The notes beneath the pieces were generated by a model. It had not been told where the DNA came from. It saw only the letters and a program-made list of their open reading frames with translations, and did not search any database. DNA of 64,000 nt from a bacterium. GTDB lineage: Bacteria > Patescibacteriota > Minisyncoccia > JACQLN01. Where the stretch lies: NCBI GenBank assembly GCA_030697795.1, contig JAUYOV010000007.1, positions 9,810-73,809 of the forward strand, read 5' to 3'. Positions 54,474-64,000 of the stretch are shown in pieces. The translations under genes were made by a program, and so were the position numbers. Each line of letters opens with the position of its first letter. The first letter of the stretch is position 1.

Positions 54474-56070
54474 CAATTTTAAAAACAAACTATCTACCAA
54501 GTGGTTTGTTTTTATTTTACTGTCTTTTATTGGCCTATCTTTATATATAAATTCTCTGGCTAATCCTTTTTTTTGGGATGATAACGAATTTTTTGCCAAT
54601 AATTCTTTTGTACAAAACTTTGAAATTAAGAAATTCTTTACAGAAAACGCAACCGCCGGTGGCGGCATAATTGATAATTATTGGAGACCGCTACTATTAA
54701 TCTCTTTTGCGCTAGATTATAAAATATGGGGACTCCTGCCTTTTGGCTTCCACTTAACAAACATATTCCTGCACATTGCCAGTGCATTTTTTTTATTTTT
54801 AATACTTCAAAAACTTTTTAAAAATTATTATATATCGCTGGGTTCCAGTCTTATTTTTTTAATTCATCCCCTGCAAACCGAAGCTGTGACTTACACTAAT
54901 AGCCGAGGGGATTCCTTGTATACGTTTTGGTTTTTGCTTTCGATTATTTTGTATTTAAAATTTAGATCTAATAGCAAATTTAAATTTTATTTATTAGCTA
55001 TTTTTTCTTTCTTATTATCTTTACTATCCAAAGAACTGGCTGTTGTTTTACCCGCAATAATTTTGCTTATCGAAACAACTTTTTTAGGCGCCGAAGAATC
55101 TTTTTTAAGAAAAACTTTAAATAGCTTCAAAAAAACATATTTATTTTGGCTACTTGGAGCAATTTATGTTGCCTCAAGACTAACTTTCCTAAACTTTAAA
55201 GAATCTGTAAATTTACTTTCCGGCGAAAATACATTATTTGCTACAAACATTTTAGTTAGATTAATGACATTCTTTAAAATAGTTCTAAACTATTTTGGAT
55301 TGATTTTTGCGCCATTTAATCTTCATATGGAACGGCTCATTGACCCTGTAACCACCGTGCTTGATGTACGATTTATATCAGGTTTTTTACTTGTTTTATT
55401 TTGGCTTGCTATAAGTTACCAGCTAAAAGCTAAAAGCTTGGTCTTCGGTTTTTTTTGGTTTTTTATAAATCTAGCACCAACTTCTAATATAGTCCCTATA
55501 AACGGTATGCTCTACGAACACTGGCTTTATTTAGCCCAAATAGGCATATGGATTCCACTATTAAGCCTGCTAAGCCAACTCCATAATAAAATAATTATAA
55601 GAAATATTTTAATTATTACGGGTTCTATATATTTAATATTTTTAAGCTATTTAACTATACTAAGAAACAAAGACTGGTCGGACCCAATATCTTTCTACAA
55701 AAAAACCTTAAGCTATGGCCCTTCTTTAAAAATTTATAATAACTTAGGCATGGAACTAGCCAATAAAGGCAAGCTTGAAGAAGCTGTAGAGAACTATAAA
55801 AAAGCGCTGGAAATAGACAGTTCTATCTTTATACTTAACTACAACCTCGGAAATACTCTTAGAGACTTAGGAAAAAATGAAGAAGCCAAAGAACAATATA
55901 AATTGTCTATAGAAAAAAACCCTAAATTTGTTTCTGCTTACAGCAACTTATTAAATATATTAAACCAAGAAAAAAAATATAACGAAATGCGAGAAATTTT
56001 AACAAAACTATCTAGCATTTACCCAGAAGATAAAGCAGTAAAAGAAATTATTAATTCTTTACCAAAATAA
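54436..56070 (+). CDS. polytopic membrane protein with C-terminal TPR repeats (PMT/ArnT-like glycosyltransferase-C fold candidate)
   Basis: About 11 TM helices, then 'YNNLGMELANKGKLEEAVENYKKALEID' TPR units. Confidence 0.55.
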   Translation: MGEVFYQLSMKNSNFKNKLSTKWFVFILLSFIGLSLYINSLANPFFWDDNEFFANNSFVQNFEIKKFFTENATAGGGIIDNYWRPLLLISFALDYKIWGLLPFGFHLTNIFLHIASAFFLFLILQKLFKNYYISLGSSLIFLIHPLQTEAVTYTNSRGDSLYTFWFLLSIILYLKFRSNSKFKFYLLAIFSFLLSLLSKELAVVLPAIILLIETTFLGAEESFLRKTLNSFKKTYLFWLLGAIYVASRLTFLNFKESVNLLSGENTLFATNILVRLMTFFKIVLNYFGLIFAPFNLHMERLIDPVTTVLDVRFISGFLLVLFWLAISYQLKAKSLVFGFFWFFINLAPTSNIVPINGMLYEHWLYLAQIGIWIPLLSLLSQLHNKIIIRNILIITGSIYLIFLSYLTILRNKDWSDPISFYKKTLSYGPSLKIYNNLGMELANKGKLEEAVENYKKALEIDSSIFILNYNLGNTLRDLGKNEEAKEQYKLSIEKNPKFVSAYSNLLNILNQEKKYNEMREILTKLSSIYPEDKAVKEIINSLPK

Positions 56071-56340
56071 AAAGAACGGCTGTTTGCCGTTCTTTTGTCT
56101 TGTCTTACACTCTCTTGATTGGTTCGATAGTAGCATCCGAAAAATCCGACCTCTTCAAGAAATCTGCTTGGCCATAGGTCATTTTTCTAGCTAGCACCCT
56201 AAAAACAGTCCACGTATTCATATCGGTAAAGTAGAGACCATTTCTACAAAGACAATACTCAATCTCCATTCCTCCGTCCATATCATTATCTTCGTCGCCG
56301 TCCATTTTCTTATCTCCCCTTTTAAGGTTGAAAGAACTTT

Positions 56341-56925
56341 TTATTTTTTCCCACTGATTATCTCATCCACAATGCCGTAAGCTTTGGCCTCTTCCGCCGA
56401 CATAAAGTAATCTCTGTCGGTATCTTTTTCTATATCCTTTAAGCTTTTGCCAGTGTGACGCGCTAAAATTTTATTTAATCTTTCTTTAACTTTAATTATG
56501 TGCCGAGCCGAAATTTCAATTTCTATAGCTTGACCTTCCACCCCACCCATAACTTGGTGGATCATAACTTCGCTGTTGGGCAAAGAAAGCCGTCTGCCTT
56601 TTTTGCCGGCTGCCAATAAAACTGCGCCCATAGAAGCCGCAATACCAACACAAATAGTAGAGACATCGCTTTTAATAAGTTGCATCGTGTCGTAAATGGC
56701 GAGGCCTGCCGTAACAGAACCACCTGGGCTATTTATATATAGTTTAATTTCTTTTTTAGGGTCTTGGCTTTCTAAAAACAAAAGCTGGGCAATTACGGTA
56801 TTAGCCACGGCATCATTTATAGACCCGCCCAAAAACACGATCCTTTCTTTAAGCAAGCGTGAATATATATCGTAGGCCCTTTCGCCGTATGAAGTTTTTT
56901 CTATAACTGTGGGTATAAGATTCAT
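56341..56925 (-). CDS. clpP: ATP-dependent Clp protease proteolytic subunit
   Basis: 'GAASMGA', 'MIHQ' and Ser-His-Asp context; 194 aa. Confidence 0.9.
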   Translation of the reverse strand: MNLIPTVIEKTSYGERAYDIYSRLLKERIVFLGGSINDAVANTVIAQLLFLESQDPKKEIKLYINSPGGSVTAGLAIYDTMQLIKSDVSTICVGIAASMGAVLLAAGKKGRRLSLPNSEVMIHQVMGGVEGQAIEIEISARHIIKVKERLNKILARHTGKSLKDIEKDTDRDYFMSAEEAKAYGIVDEIISGKK

Positions 56926-56988
56926 AATTTAAATAGATTATTAGAAAATAGAGGGTAGAAATTTAGAAAAATCCATAAAATCTACCTT

Positions 56989-58257
56989 CTACATTCCACC
57001 TTCTAGTAGTCTAAACACTTTCTCATTGCGTATTATGTTTTTAACATACCCCCTTAGGGCTGTCAAATCAAGGTTTTGGCCGTGTGACAAAGGCGGGGCT
57101 TGGCGCATCATACTTGTTAGCTTCTCCTCTATTTCAGCATCGGCAACTTCCACATTTTCCCTTTTAGAAATTTCCTTTAAAACGAGGGCGGCTTTAACTC
57201 TTTTTTCAGCTTGAGGCTCCCAATCTTTTTTAAGCTCTTCTGGTGTTTTACTTATATGATTTAAATAGTTTTCTAAAGTTAGATTCATTTGACGCAACGA
57301 ATCCGCTAGCTCTGCGGTCATTTTTTCAAATTCCATTTCTACAAGTTCTTGTGGTAATTCCGCATTAATATTTTTAACCAATTCCTCTACTATCTTGGCT
57401 CTGCGCTTTTCTTCGGCTTTAGCTGTTTTTTCCATTTTAATGCCTTCCGCAATATTTGTCTTCAAATTATCTAGAGAAGCAAATTTGCCCAAAGATTTTA
57501 CAAATTCATCGGTAAGTTCGGGTAATTTTCTCTCTTGAACCAAATTAACTTTAACTTCAAAATCTATTTTTTGGCCCGCTAAATCTTTATTGTGATAATT
57601 TGTCGGCGCCGTTAAAGAAAAGTTTTTAGTTTCTCCTTCCTTTAAACCTACTATATTATCTTCAAAGCCCTCTATAAAATGTCCTTCGCCCAAAACCAAG
57701 GGATGTTGTTTTGATTCCCCGCCATCAACCATCTGTCCTTCTTTTTTAACCAAAAAATCAATTTCTACTCTATCGCCTTTTGCGGCGGCGCGGTCAACAT
57801 TTAAATTTTGGGCTCTAGTTTTTTTTATATCTTCCAAAACTTCTGCAATTTCTTTCTCTTCAACCTTAACTTCTTCTAAAGCCACTATTATTTTTTTGTA
57901 TTCACCCGGGTCAATAACTGGCACCACCGAAAAAACAGCGGTAAATTCAATACCGCCATCTTTAGGCAAAACTTTCGAGACTTTGGGCTCGCCCACAAAA
58001 TTTATTTTCTTTTCGTTAATAACTTCTGCCAGTTTTTCGCGAACCGCCAGATCGTAAGCCATATGTTCTATTTTTTCTTGGCCTAATTCGCGAATAACCA
58101 CATCACGCGGCGCAAAACCCGGCCTAAAACCTTTTATGGGGTTATGGCGAGAAAGCTCTTTAGCCGCGGCATCAAAATAATTTTCTAACTCGCTCTCGGC
58201 AAGAGTAACTGCCAATTCTAATTGAGATTTTGGGAGACTTTTAGTTTCAACTCTCAT
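56989..58257 (-). CDS. tig: trigger factor
   Basis: N-terminal ribosome-binding 'GFRPGFAPR' motif, PPIase-like middle and C-terminal domains. Confidence 0.85.
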   Translation of the reverse strand: MRVETKSLPKSQLELAVTLAESELENYFDAAAKELSRHNPIKGFRPGFAPRDVVIRELGQEKIEHMAYDLAVREKLAEVINEKKINFVGEPKVSKVLPKDGGIEFTAVFSVVPVIDPGEYKKIIVALEEVKVEEKEIAEVLEDIKKTRAQNLNVDRAAAKGDRVEIDFLVKKEGQMVDGGESKQHPLVLGEGHFIEGFEDNIVGLKEGETKNFSLTAPTNYHNKDLAGQKIDFEVKVNLVQERKLPELTDEFVKSLGKFASLDNLKTNIAEGIKMEKTAKAEEKRRAKIVEELVKNINAELPQELVEMEFEKMTAELADSLRQMNLTLENYLNHISKTPEELKKDWEPQAEKRVKAALVLKEISKRENVEVADAEIEEKLTSMMRQAPPLSHGQNLDLTALRGYVKNIIRNEKVFRLLEGGM

Positions 58258-58379
58258 AAGAAAAATGCCTAATTACTAATATCTAATCAATTTCTAATGC
58301 TTAAATGCCTAATGTCAAAAAGATTTTTAGTTATTTGTCATTAGACATTAAGGTTTGATTAGAAATTAGAAATTGGAAA

Positions 58380-60356
58380 TTATTTTACAAGTAATCCAAC
58401 AATAAGCAGTGCTACAATATTAACTATCTTAATCATTGGGTTAATAGCAGGACCCGCCGTATCTTTGTAAGGATCGCCGACTGTGTCACCAGTAACTGCG
58501 GCTTGGTGAGCCAAAGATTTTTTACCGCCAAAATGCCCGTCTTCAATATATTTTTTAGCGTTATCCCAAGCCGCGCCGCCCGAAGTCATGGAAATTGCCA
58601 TAAACAAACCAGAAATCAACGAACCGACAATTACACCGCCCAAAGCTTCCAAACCCAAAAACCAGCCCACTAAAATCGGAACAACTATCGGAATTAATGC
58701 CGGAATTATCATTCCTTTTTGAGCCGCAATAGTTACAATATCTACCGCTTTAGCATAGTCTGGTTTTACGGTTCGCTCCATAATACCGGGCATTTCTTTA
58801 AATTGACGTCGAACTTCTAAAACAACTTTAGAAGCAGCTTCGCCTACTGCGCGGATAGAAAACGAAGCAAATATGTAAGGCAACATTGCACCTAACAATA
58901 AACCAATAAGCACTGTTGGGTTAACCAACTGGAAACCAAATCTTAAACCAAATTTTTCTATTTCTGCCACATAAACCACAAACAAAGTTAAGGCCGCCAG
59001 ACCCGCCGAAGCAATGGCATAACCCTTAGTTACAGCTTTGGTTGTATTGCCTACAGCATCTAAAGCGTCGGTATGTTTTCTAACTTTTTCATCTAAACCC
59101 GCCATTTCGGCAATACCGCCGGCATTGTCTGTAATAGGACCAAAAGAATCTATAGCTACAATTATTGCAGCCATTGAAAGCATGCTAGAAGCCGCAATAG
59201 CTACCCCATAAATTCCAAATAAATAGAAAGAAGCTAACACTCCAGCTGAAATAATAATAACGGGTAAGGCCGTGCTTTCCAAAGAAACAGCGAGCCCCGT
59301 AATTATATTTGTACCATGCCCAGATTGAGAAGAATGGGCAATTGATTTTACCGGCCTATATTTTTTAGAAGTATAGTAATCGGTAACTAACACCATTAAG
59401 AACGTAACCACCACACCAACCACAGCCGACCAAAATAAATTAATATTATTTTCTGTATTTATAACTTTTGGAATAGCAAACCAAAGAGCCGCCAAAGTTA
59501 TAATGGCCGAAGCTAACAAGCCTTTATACAAAGCGCGCATAATAGCTTCGCCGGATAATTTTACAAACCAAGAACCTACAATACTGCCTAAAATTGCCGT
59601 AGCACCAATAACCAAAGGTAAAATTATAAAAGAGGGCGCCACAAAAGCGCCCAGCAACATTGTGCCTATCATAGTGGCTACATAAGTTTCAAAAAGATCG
59701 GCGGCCATACCAGCGCAATCCCCCACGTTATCTCCAACATTGTCGGCAATAACTGCTGGGTTTCTAGGATCATCTTCCGGAATACCAGCTTCAATTTTTC
59801 CTACTAAATCCGCGCCCACATCAGCGCCTTTAGTAAAAATACCACCACCCAAACGGGCAAAGATGGAAATTAAACTTCCGCCAAAACCTAAGCCGATAAG
59901 AGCGCTTAAATTATTAGTAATAAAATAAAATCCGGCCACAGCCAGCAAAGCCAAAGCGCACACAAAAAATCCTGTAACAGCGCCACCATTAAAGGCTAAA
60001 GAAAAAGCCTGTTTTAAACCAGTTTTGGCGGCTTCAGCCACGCGAACATTAGACCTCACCGCTACACTCATACCAATATAGCCTGCTAAAGCCGAAAGAA
60101 AACCTCCAATCAAGAAACCGATTGCTGTTGTTAAACTTAAGGCAAAATATATTCCAATCGCCAACAACACAGCGATTATAGATATTGTTTTATACTGGCG
60201 CTTTAAATAAGCGTTGGCGCCTTCGCGTATGGCTTGAGAAATATCTTTTTGTTCTGCCGGACCTTCTGGCTTTTTTAAAACCGAAACAATAAGTAAAACG
60301 CCGTAGATAATTCCTACTAAACCCGACACGATAATAAATATTTGGGATGTGGACAT
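58380..60356 (-). CDS. hppA: membrane-bound proton/sodium-translocating pyrophosphatase
   Basis: 658 aa with many TM helices; '[19 protein letters not shown]' and 'DNVGDNVGD' motifs. Confidence 0.9.
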   Translation of the reverse strand: MSTSQIFIIVSGLVGIIYGVLLIVSVLKKPEGPAEQKDISQAIREGANAYLKRQYKTISIIAVLLAIGIYFALSLTTAIGFLIGGFLSALAGYIGMSVAVRSNVRVAEAAKTGLKQAFSLAFNGGAVTGFFVCALALLAVAGFYFITNNLSALIGLGFGGSLISIFARLGGGIFTKGADVGADLVGKIEAGIPEDDPRNPAVIADNVGDNVGDCAGMAADLFETYVATMIGTMLLGAFVAPSFIILPLVIGATAILGSIVGSWFVKLSGEAIMRALYKGLLASAIITLAALWFAIPKVINTENNINLFWSAVVGVVVTFLMVLVTDYYTSKKYRPVKSIAHSSQSGHGTNIITGLAVSLESTALPVIIISAGVLASFYLFGIYGVAIAASSMLSMAAIIVAIDSFGPITDNAGGIAEMAGLDEKVRKHTDALDAVGNTTKAVTKGYAIASAGLAALTLFVVYVAEIEKFGLRFGFQLVNPTVLIGLLLGAMLPYIFASFSIRAVGEAASKVVLEVRRQFKEMPGIMERTVKPDYAKAVDIVTIAAQKGMIIPALIPIVVPILVGWFLGLEALGGVIVGSLISGLFMAISMTSGGAAWDNAKKYIEDGHFGGKKSLAHQAAVTGDTVGDPYKDTAGPAINPMIKIVNIVALLIVGLLVK

Positions 60357-60445
60357 ATTTTATTAAAATTAAATATCAAATATTAAAAACACATATAAAA
60401 ATCTAAAATTTTTAATTTTTATTTGTAATTTTGCATTTTGATTTT

Positions 60446-61747
60446 TTATGTTTTATTTTCATCTGTAGAACTTGTCTCCTCCGAATTAACCGAGGCTTCT
60501 TCGCTTTCCAGTTCCGCCTTCGGTTTTTCTGTAACAATCGGTGCGGTGCCCTTAACATCTATTTTCCAACCCGTAAGTTCGGCCGCTAATCTAACATTTT
60601 GACCTCTTTTGCCAATAGCCAAAGAAAGTTGATCCTCACTCACATCTACCGTAGCTATATGATGCACCTCATTTAAATCAACATTTAAAACTTTGGCTGG
60701 CGAAAGCGCGTTAGCTATTAATTTAGATTCGTCGTCAGACCAAGCTACAATGTCTATATTTTCGCCACCCAACTCATTTATTACAGCGCTAACCCTAATA
60801 CCTCTTTGACCAACACAGGAACCCACCGGGTCAATTCCGGGATCGCTAGAATAAACAGCCACCTTACTGCGCGAACCAGCTTCACGGGCAATAGCTTTTA
60901 TTTCTACCACGCCCGAAGCGATTTCAGGAACTTCTAGTTCAAAAAGTTTAGCAATTATTTTGGGATGTTTGCGCGAAAGTATAATAGCTGGCCCGCGGTG
61001 ATCCTTGTCTACCCTAACCACATAAACTCTTAAGCGTTGGCCTATACGGTATCTTTCTTGTGGAATTTGTTCTTCTGGAAACAAAGCACCTGTGGTTTTG
61101 CCAATATCCAAATATACAGCGCCTCGCTCCATTCTTTGAACAGTAGCCGAAAGAATATCGCCTTCTTTTTCTTTGAAAGTTTCGTAAATAACTTCTCTTT
61201 CAGCTTCGCGAATACGCTGAATAATAACTTGCTTGGCTGTTTGAGCCGCAATACGGCCATAATCTTCTTTGGTATCTAAGGGAATTAAAAGCTCTCCGCC
61301 CAGTTCTATAGCAGATTTAATTTTTTTGGCTTCAGCAATTAAGATATGGCGTTTGGGATTAAAGCGAAATTTTTTATCCTTTGTTTCTTCTTCCTCGTCC
61401 TCCGTAGCCTTGGCGAAGGAGGATTCACCTTCTGAAGGCCGATCTGATTTCTCGACTGACTCTCCTTTTAATTTGGCTTCTCTTTCAGCCCTTTCCGCTT
61501 CCATTTTGGCAATTTCTTCTTCCGAAAAAATCATACTTTCGTCCACAGCCAAAAGAACTTGGAAAAATTTAGCAGTTCCAGTTTTTGGATCCAACTTTAC
61601 CCTTATATTCTGACCTTTCTCGCCATAATCTTTTTTATAGGCGGCCGCCATAGCCATTTCTATGGTTTCCATAACCTTGTCCTTAGAAATGCCTTTTTCT
61701 TCGGCTATTTGATCTATGGCCGAGATAAATTGTTTTAAGTCTATCAT
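60446..61747 (-). CDS. nusA: transcription termination/antitermination factor NusA
   Basis: NusA N-terminal domain, S1 and two KH domains, with acidic insertions. Confidence 0.85.
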   Translation of the reverse strand: MIDLKQFISAIDQIAEEKGISKDKVMETIEMAMAAAYKKDYGEKGQNIRVKLDPKTGTAKFFQVLLAVDESMIFSEEEIAKMEAERAEREAKLKGESVEKSDRPSEGESSFAKATEDEEEETKDKKFRFNPKRHILIAEAKKIKSAIELGGELLIPLDTKEDYGRIAAQTAKQVIIQRIREAEREVIYETFKEKEGDILSATVQRMERGAVYLDIGKTTGALFPEEQIPQERYRIGQRLRVYVVRVDKDHRGPAIILSRKHPKIIAKLFELEVPEIASGVVEIKAIAREAGSRSKVAVYSSDPGIDPVGSCVGQRGIRVSAVINELGGENIDIVAWSDDESKLIANALSPAKVLNVDLNEVHHIATVDVSEDQLSLAIGKRGQNVRLAAELTGWKIDVKGTAPIVTEKPKAELESEEASVNSEETSSTDENKT

Positions 61748-61881
61748 GCAAATTTTATTTAATAAATAAGGACCGCCTCAGCGGTCCTTAACAGTACTCT
61801 AACAATGTATTCTATTATACACGAATAAAAAAACGGGTCAAGCGTTAATCCGCCTGACCCTCATTTGGACTTCTTTTTAAG

Positions 61882-62217
61882 TCAGCCTTTTTTGAGTCTC
61901 CCGTTTTGGGAAGGAACTATAGAAAATAAACTTTTGTCTACGTTTTCCGGGTCAATTATCTCTAACACCTCCAGTTCTTCGATTAAAAGCCATTGAACCA
62001 CAGTGCTTTGACCATTATCAACCACCACTTGAACCCGACTCCGCGAAACACATCTCCAACCGCACAATTCCGGTATGACCAATCCCTCCTTTCCAGTCGG
62101 CTTGTGCCGTACTCGCGCAAAATCAAGTTCCGTAACATATCCCATGTATGCCTCCTTTATGGTTAAATTATTAAAAAGTACTACCAAAATTCTAACACTG
62201 CAAAAAGTGTCGCACAA
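61882..62217 (-). CDS. hypothetical protein upstream of nusA (RimP position)
   Basis: Sits where rimP usually is, but the sequence is not recognisably RimP. Confidence 0.3.
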   Translation of the reverse strand: MCDTFCSVRILVVLFNNLTIKEAYMGYVTELDFARVRHKPTGKEGLVIPELCGWRCVSRSRVQVVVDNGQSTVVQWLLIEELEVLEIIDPENVDKSLFSIVPSQNGRLKKG

Positions 62218-62221
62218 TGTT

Positions 62222-62230
62222 TGGTATAAT
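62222..62230 (+). promoter_or_regulatory. extended -10 promoter element TGgTATAAT upstream of the recombinase gene
   Basis: Consensus TATAAT with upstream TG. Short repeated ATGCGAAT/CATTCG motifs follow in the leader. Confidence 0.4.
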
Positions 62231-62329
62231 GAAAATATACTAATATACGAATTTATGCGAATGCTACAAATAAGCTTAACGAATAATGCGAATAGAAAAC
62301 CAATTTGTTAAATCATTAGTATAATTCGT

Positions 62330-63316
62330 GTGCATTCGTTGATTTGCATATTTATGCATAAACTATTCGCCGACTATTTAAATTATCTAGAAATAGAAAA
62401 AAACCGTTCAATAAAAACGGTAGAAAATTATAATCGCTATTTAAGAAGATTTTTTGATTACACTAAAATAGATTCACCTGCGGGAATTTCTAATGATGTA
62501 GTTAGAAATTACAGATTACATTTAAACCGCATTACTCCGCCCTTAAAAAAGATAACCCAAGCTTATCATTTAATTGCTTTGCGCAATTTTTTAAAATACC
62601 TAGCTAAACGCGATGTAAAAACCTTAACCGCCGATAAAATAGAGCTGGGGAAAATCGGCGATAGGCATATAGACTTTTTAGAAAACGAAGAAGTAGAACG
62701 CTTATTAGATTCGGCCAATGGTAATTCTGTTAAAAATTTACGCGATAAAGCTTTACTAGAACTTTTGTTTTCTACGGGCTTACGTGTTTCCGAACTTTGT
62801 TCGCTAAATAAAGAATCGGTTAATTTAAAGCGCGGGGAATTTGCCGTTCGGGGCAAAGGCGACAAAATACGTGTAGTTTTTCTTTCTGAACCCGCGAGGC
62901 GCGCTTTAGAAAACTATATTTCTAAAAGAGATGACCTAGATGAAGCTTTATTTGCGCGAAACCAAAATTCAAAAACCCCTACTTCGCTCCTCCTTCGCAC
63001 AAGGCTTCGGAAGGACACAGTAAAGCTTCGAAGGGCAAGCAAAAATAAAAACTCGGAACTGCGGCTAACACCTAGAAGTATCCAAAGAATTGTAAAACAT
63101 TATGCTACCAAAGCCGGTATTGTAAAAAATATTCACCCCCACACCTTACGTCATAGTTTTGCTACCGATTTATTGCGCAACGGCGCAGATATACGTTCGG
63201 TTCAAGCTATGCTGGGCCATGCCAACATAACCACCACCCAAATCTACACCCATGTTACGGATACGGGCTTAAAAGAGATTCATAAAACATTTCACGCCAG
63301 AAGACGGCGGGAGTAA
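62330..63316 (+). CDS. tyrosine recombinase (XerC/XerD family)
   Basis: N-terminal core-binding domain. C-terminal 'HPHTLRHSFAT...GHANITTTQIYTHV' catalytic motifs with an internal insertion. Confidence 0.8.
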   Translation: MHSLICIFMHKLFADYLNYLEIEKNRSIKTVENYNRYLRRFFDYTKIDSPAGISNDVVRNYRLHLNRITPPLKKITQAYHLIALRNFLKYLAKRDVKTLTADKIELGKIGDRHIDFLENEEVERLLDSANGNSVKNLRDKALLELLFSTGLRVSELCSLNKESVNLKRGEFAVRGKGDKIRVVFLSEPARRALENYISKRDDLDEALFARNQNSKTPTSLLLRTRLRKDTVKLRRASKNKNSELRLTPRSIQRIVKHYATKAGIVKNIHPHTLRHSFATDLLRNGADIRSVQAMLGHANITTTQIYTHVTDTGLKEIHKTFHARRRRE

Positions 63317-63372
63317 AAAAACAGAAAATGATTAACTAAAAAATATAATTTCAAACGTTGTCATAATATTTT

Positions 63373-63903
63373 TTATTTATCTAGATCTTCTACTTTAAAT
63401 TTAAGCTCTTCAAGGGCTATATCTCTAAAATATATAGCGCCAGCGTAAAAAACATCTTTCAAAGTCAGACCCTTTTTAAAAGCATAGTCTTTCAATTTAT
63501 TTTCATCTTCTTGGGAAAGATTTAAACCTTCGGTATTAAAAATATTTTTAGTGATTTCTTGAACATCATAGGCAGTCGATGGATTTTGTGATTTAATTTT
63601 ACTCATTAATACTTCCTTTTTTGGAGAAATGAGACTAAGAATTCCACTATCATTCAAAGCTTCCATACCAAGTGGAGTTAATTTTATTGGAGACCCAGGA
63701 CGAGCTATACCAAAAAAACTACCTTCAATTTTAGAAACCCTATTAATTAAATCTTTAATTTCTTTTCGAAGCTCGCTAAACCCTTCTTTTAGATCATCTA
63801 TAATCTGAAGTTTTCGGCCAACAGTAAGAGACCATCCATAAAAAAGGATGATACCGGAAACAATGCTACCGATTACCGCCCAAAGAAAACTTACTATATC
63901 CAT
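63373..63903 (-). CDS. hypothetical membrane-anchored protein
   Basis: N-terminal TM; no recognised domain. Confidence 0.4.
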   Translation of the reverse strand: MDIVSFLWAVIGSIVSGIILFYGWSLTVGRKLQIIDDLKEGFSELRKEIKDLINRVSKIEGSFFGIARPGSPIKLTPLGMEALNDSGILSLISPKKEVLMSKIKSQNPSTAYDVQEITKNIFNTEGLNLSQEDENKLKDYAFKKGLTLKDVFYAGAIYFRDIALEELKFKVEDLDK

Positions 63904-64000
63904 AAACTAATTATTACATTATCTAGTTAGTTTTGTAATCCCATCGCTTCTTTGACTAACTTGAGTGTTTCTTGGGCTTCGGTGCGGGTTTTGGCCGTGC

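Noticed and set aside
56105-56305. 66-aa minus-strand ORF downstream of clpP
   Set aside because: It has no RBS and an acidic low-complexity N-terminus. More likely this is 3' UTR. Left uncalled.
38412-58380. Short AT-rich tandem repeats (TAGCTTTT, AGATATT, AGAAATT, TAGAATG) as possible CRISPR arrays
   Set aside because: Units are 6-12 bp with no regular 25-40-bp spacers and no cas genes. They look like promoter-region low-complexity or regulatory repeats.
1-64000. rRNA, tmRNA or RNase P RNA
   Set aside because: No 16S/23S/5S-like conserved blocks were seen, and no tmRNA-like tag-coding tRNA-Ala structure. None called.

Overview
This is an AT-rich bacterial chromosomal segment. Most genes lack a recognisable Shine-Dalgarno sequence. 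Housekeeping genes are mostly on the minus strand: argS, htrA-like, typA/bipA, secA, hpf, hup, rny, gpmI, clpP, tig, hppA, nusA and a xerC/D-like recombinase. tRNA-Ala(GGC), tRNA-Pro(UGG) and tRNA-Gly(UCC) are present. A type IV pilus cluster is present (pilB, pilC, four prepilin-like genes, pilM/N/O-like genes, and an adjacent lamin-tail-domain surface protein). Small genes, weak SD, type IV pili, LTD and PG-binding secreted proteins and dense toxin-antitoxin content are consistent with a small-genome Patescibacteria/CPR-like organism; this is inference, not proven. The accessory content is the notable part. (1) A complete diversity-generating retroelement sits between pilB and pilC: an RT with the LGxxxSQ motif, a possible Avd, a TR, and a VR at the 3' end of a target gene with adenine-specific mismatches. 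(2) A defense island carries a C-protein/REase/N6-adenine MTase R-M system with a C-box-like operator, plus an OLD-family ATPase-TOPRIM nuclease. (3) Several GC-rich genes with strong AAGGAGG ribosome-binding sites stand out against the weak-SD genome; one encodes a T9SS-type C-terminal sorting domain protein. (4) At least seven TA-like pairs are present, including DUF4258/DUF2283, RelE/ParE and a degraded MNT/HEPN pair. (5) Repeated palindromic and direct-repeat elements occur, and an in-frame stop lies in an NYN gene and a Fic gene. (6) tRNA-Pro is flanked by a perfect 13-bp inverted repeat, next to an orphan tRNA 3' fragment ending in CCA. No rRNA and no CRISPR array were seen.
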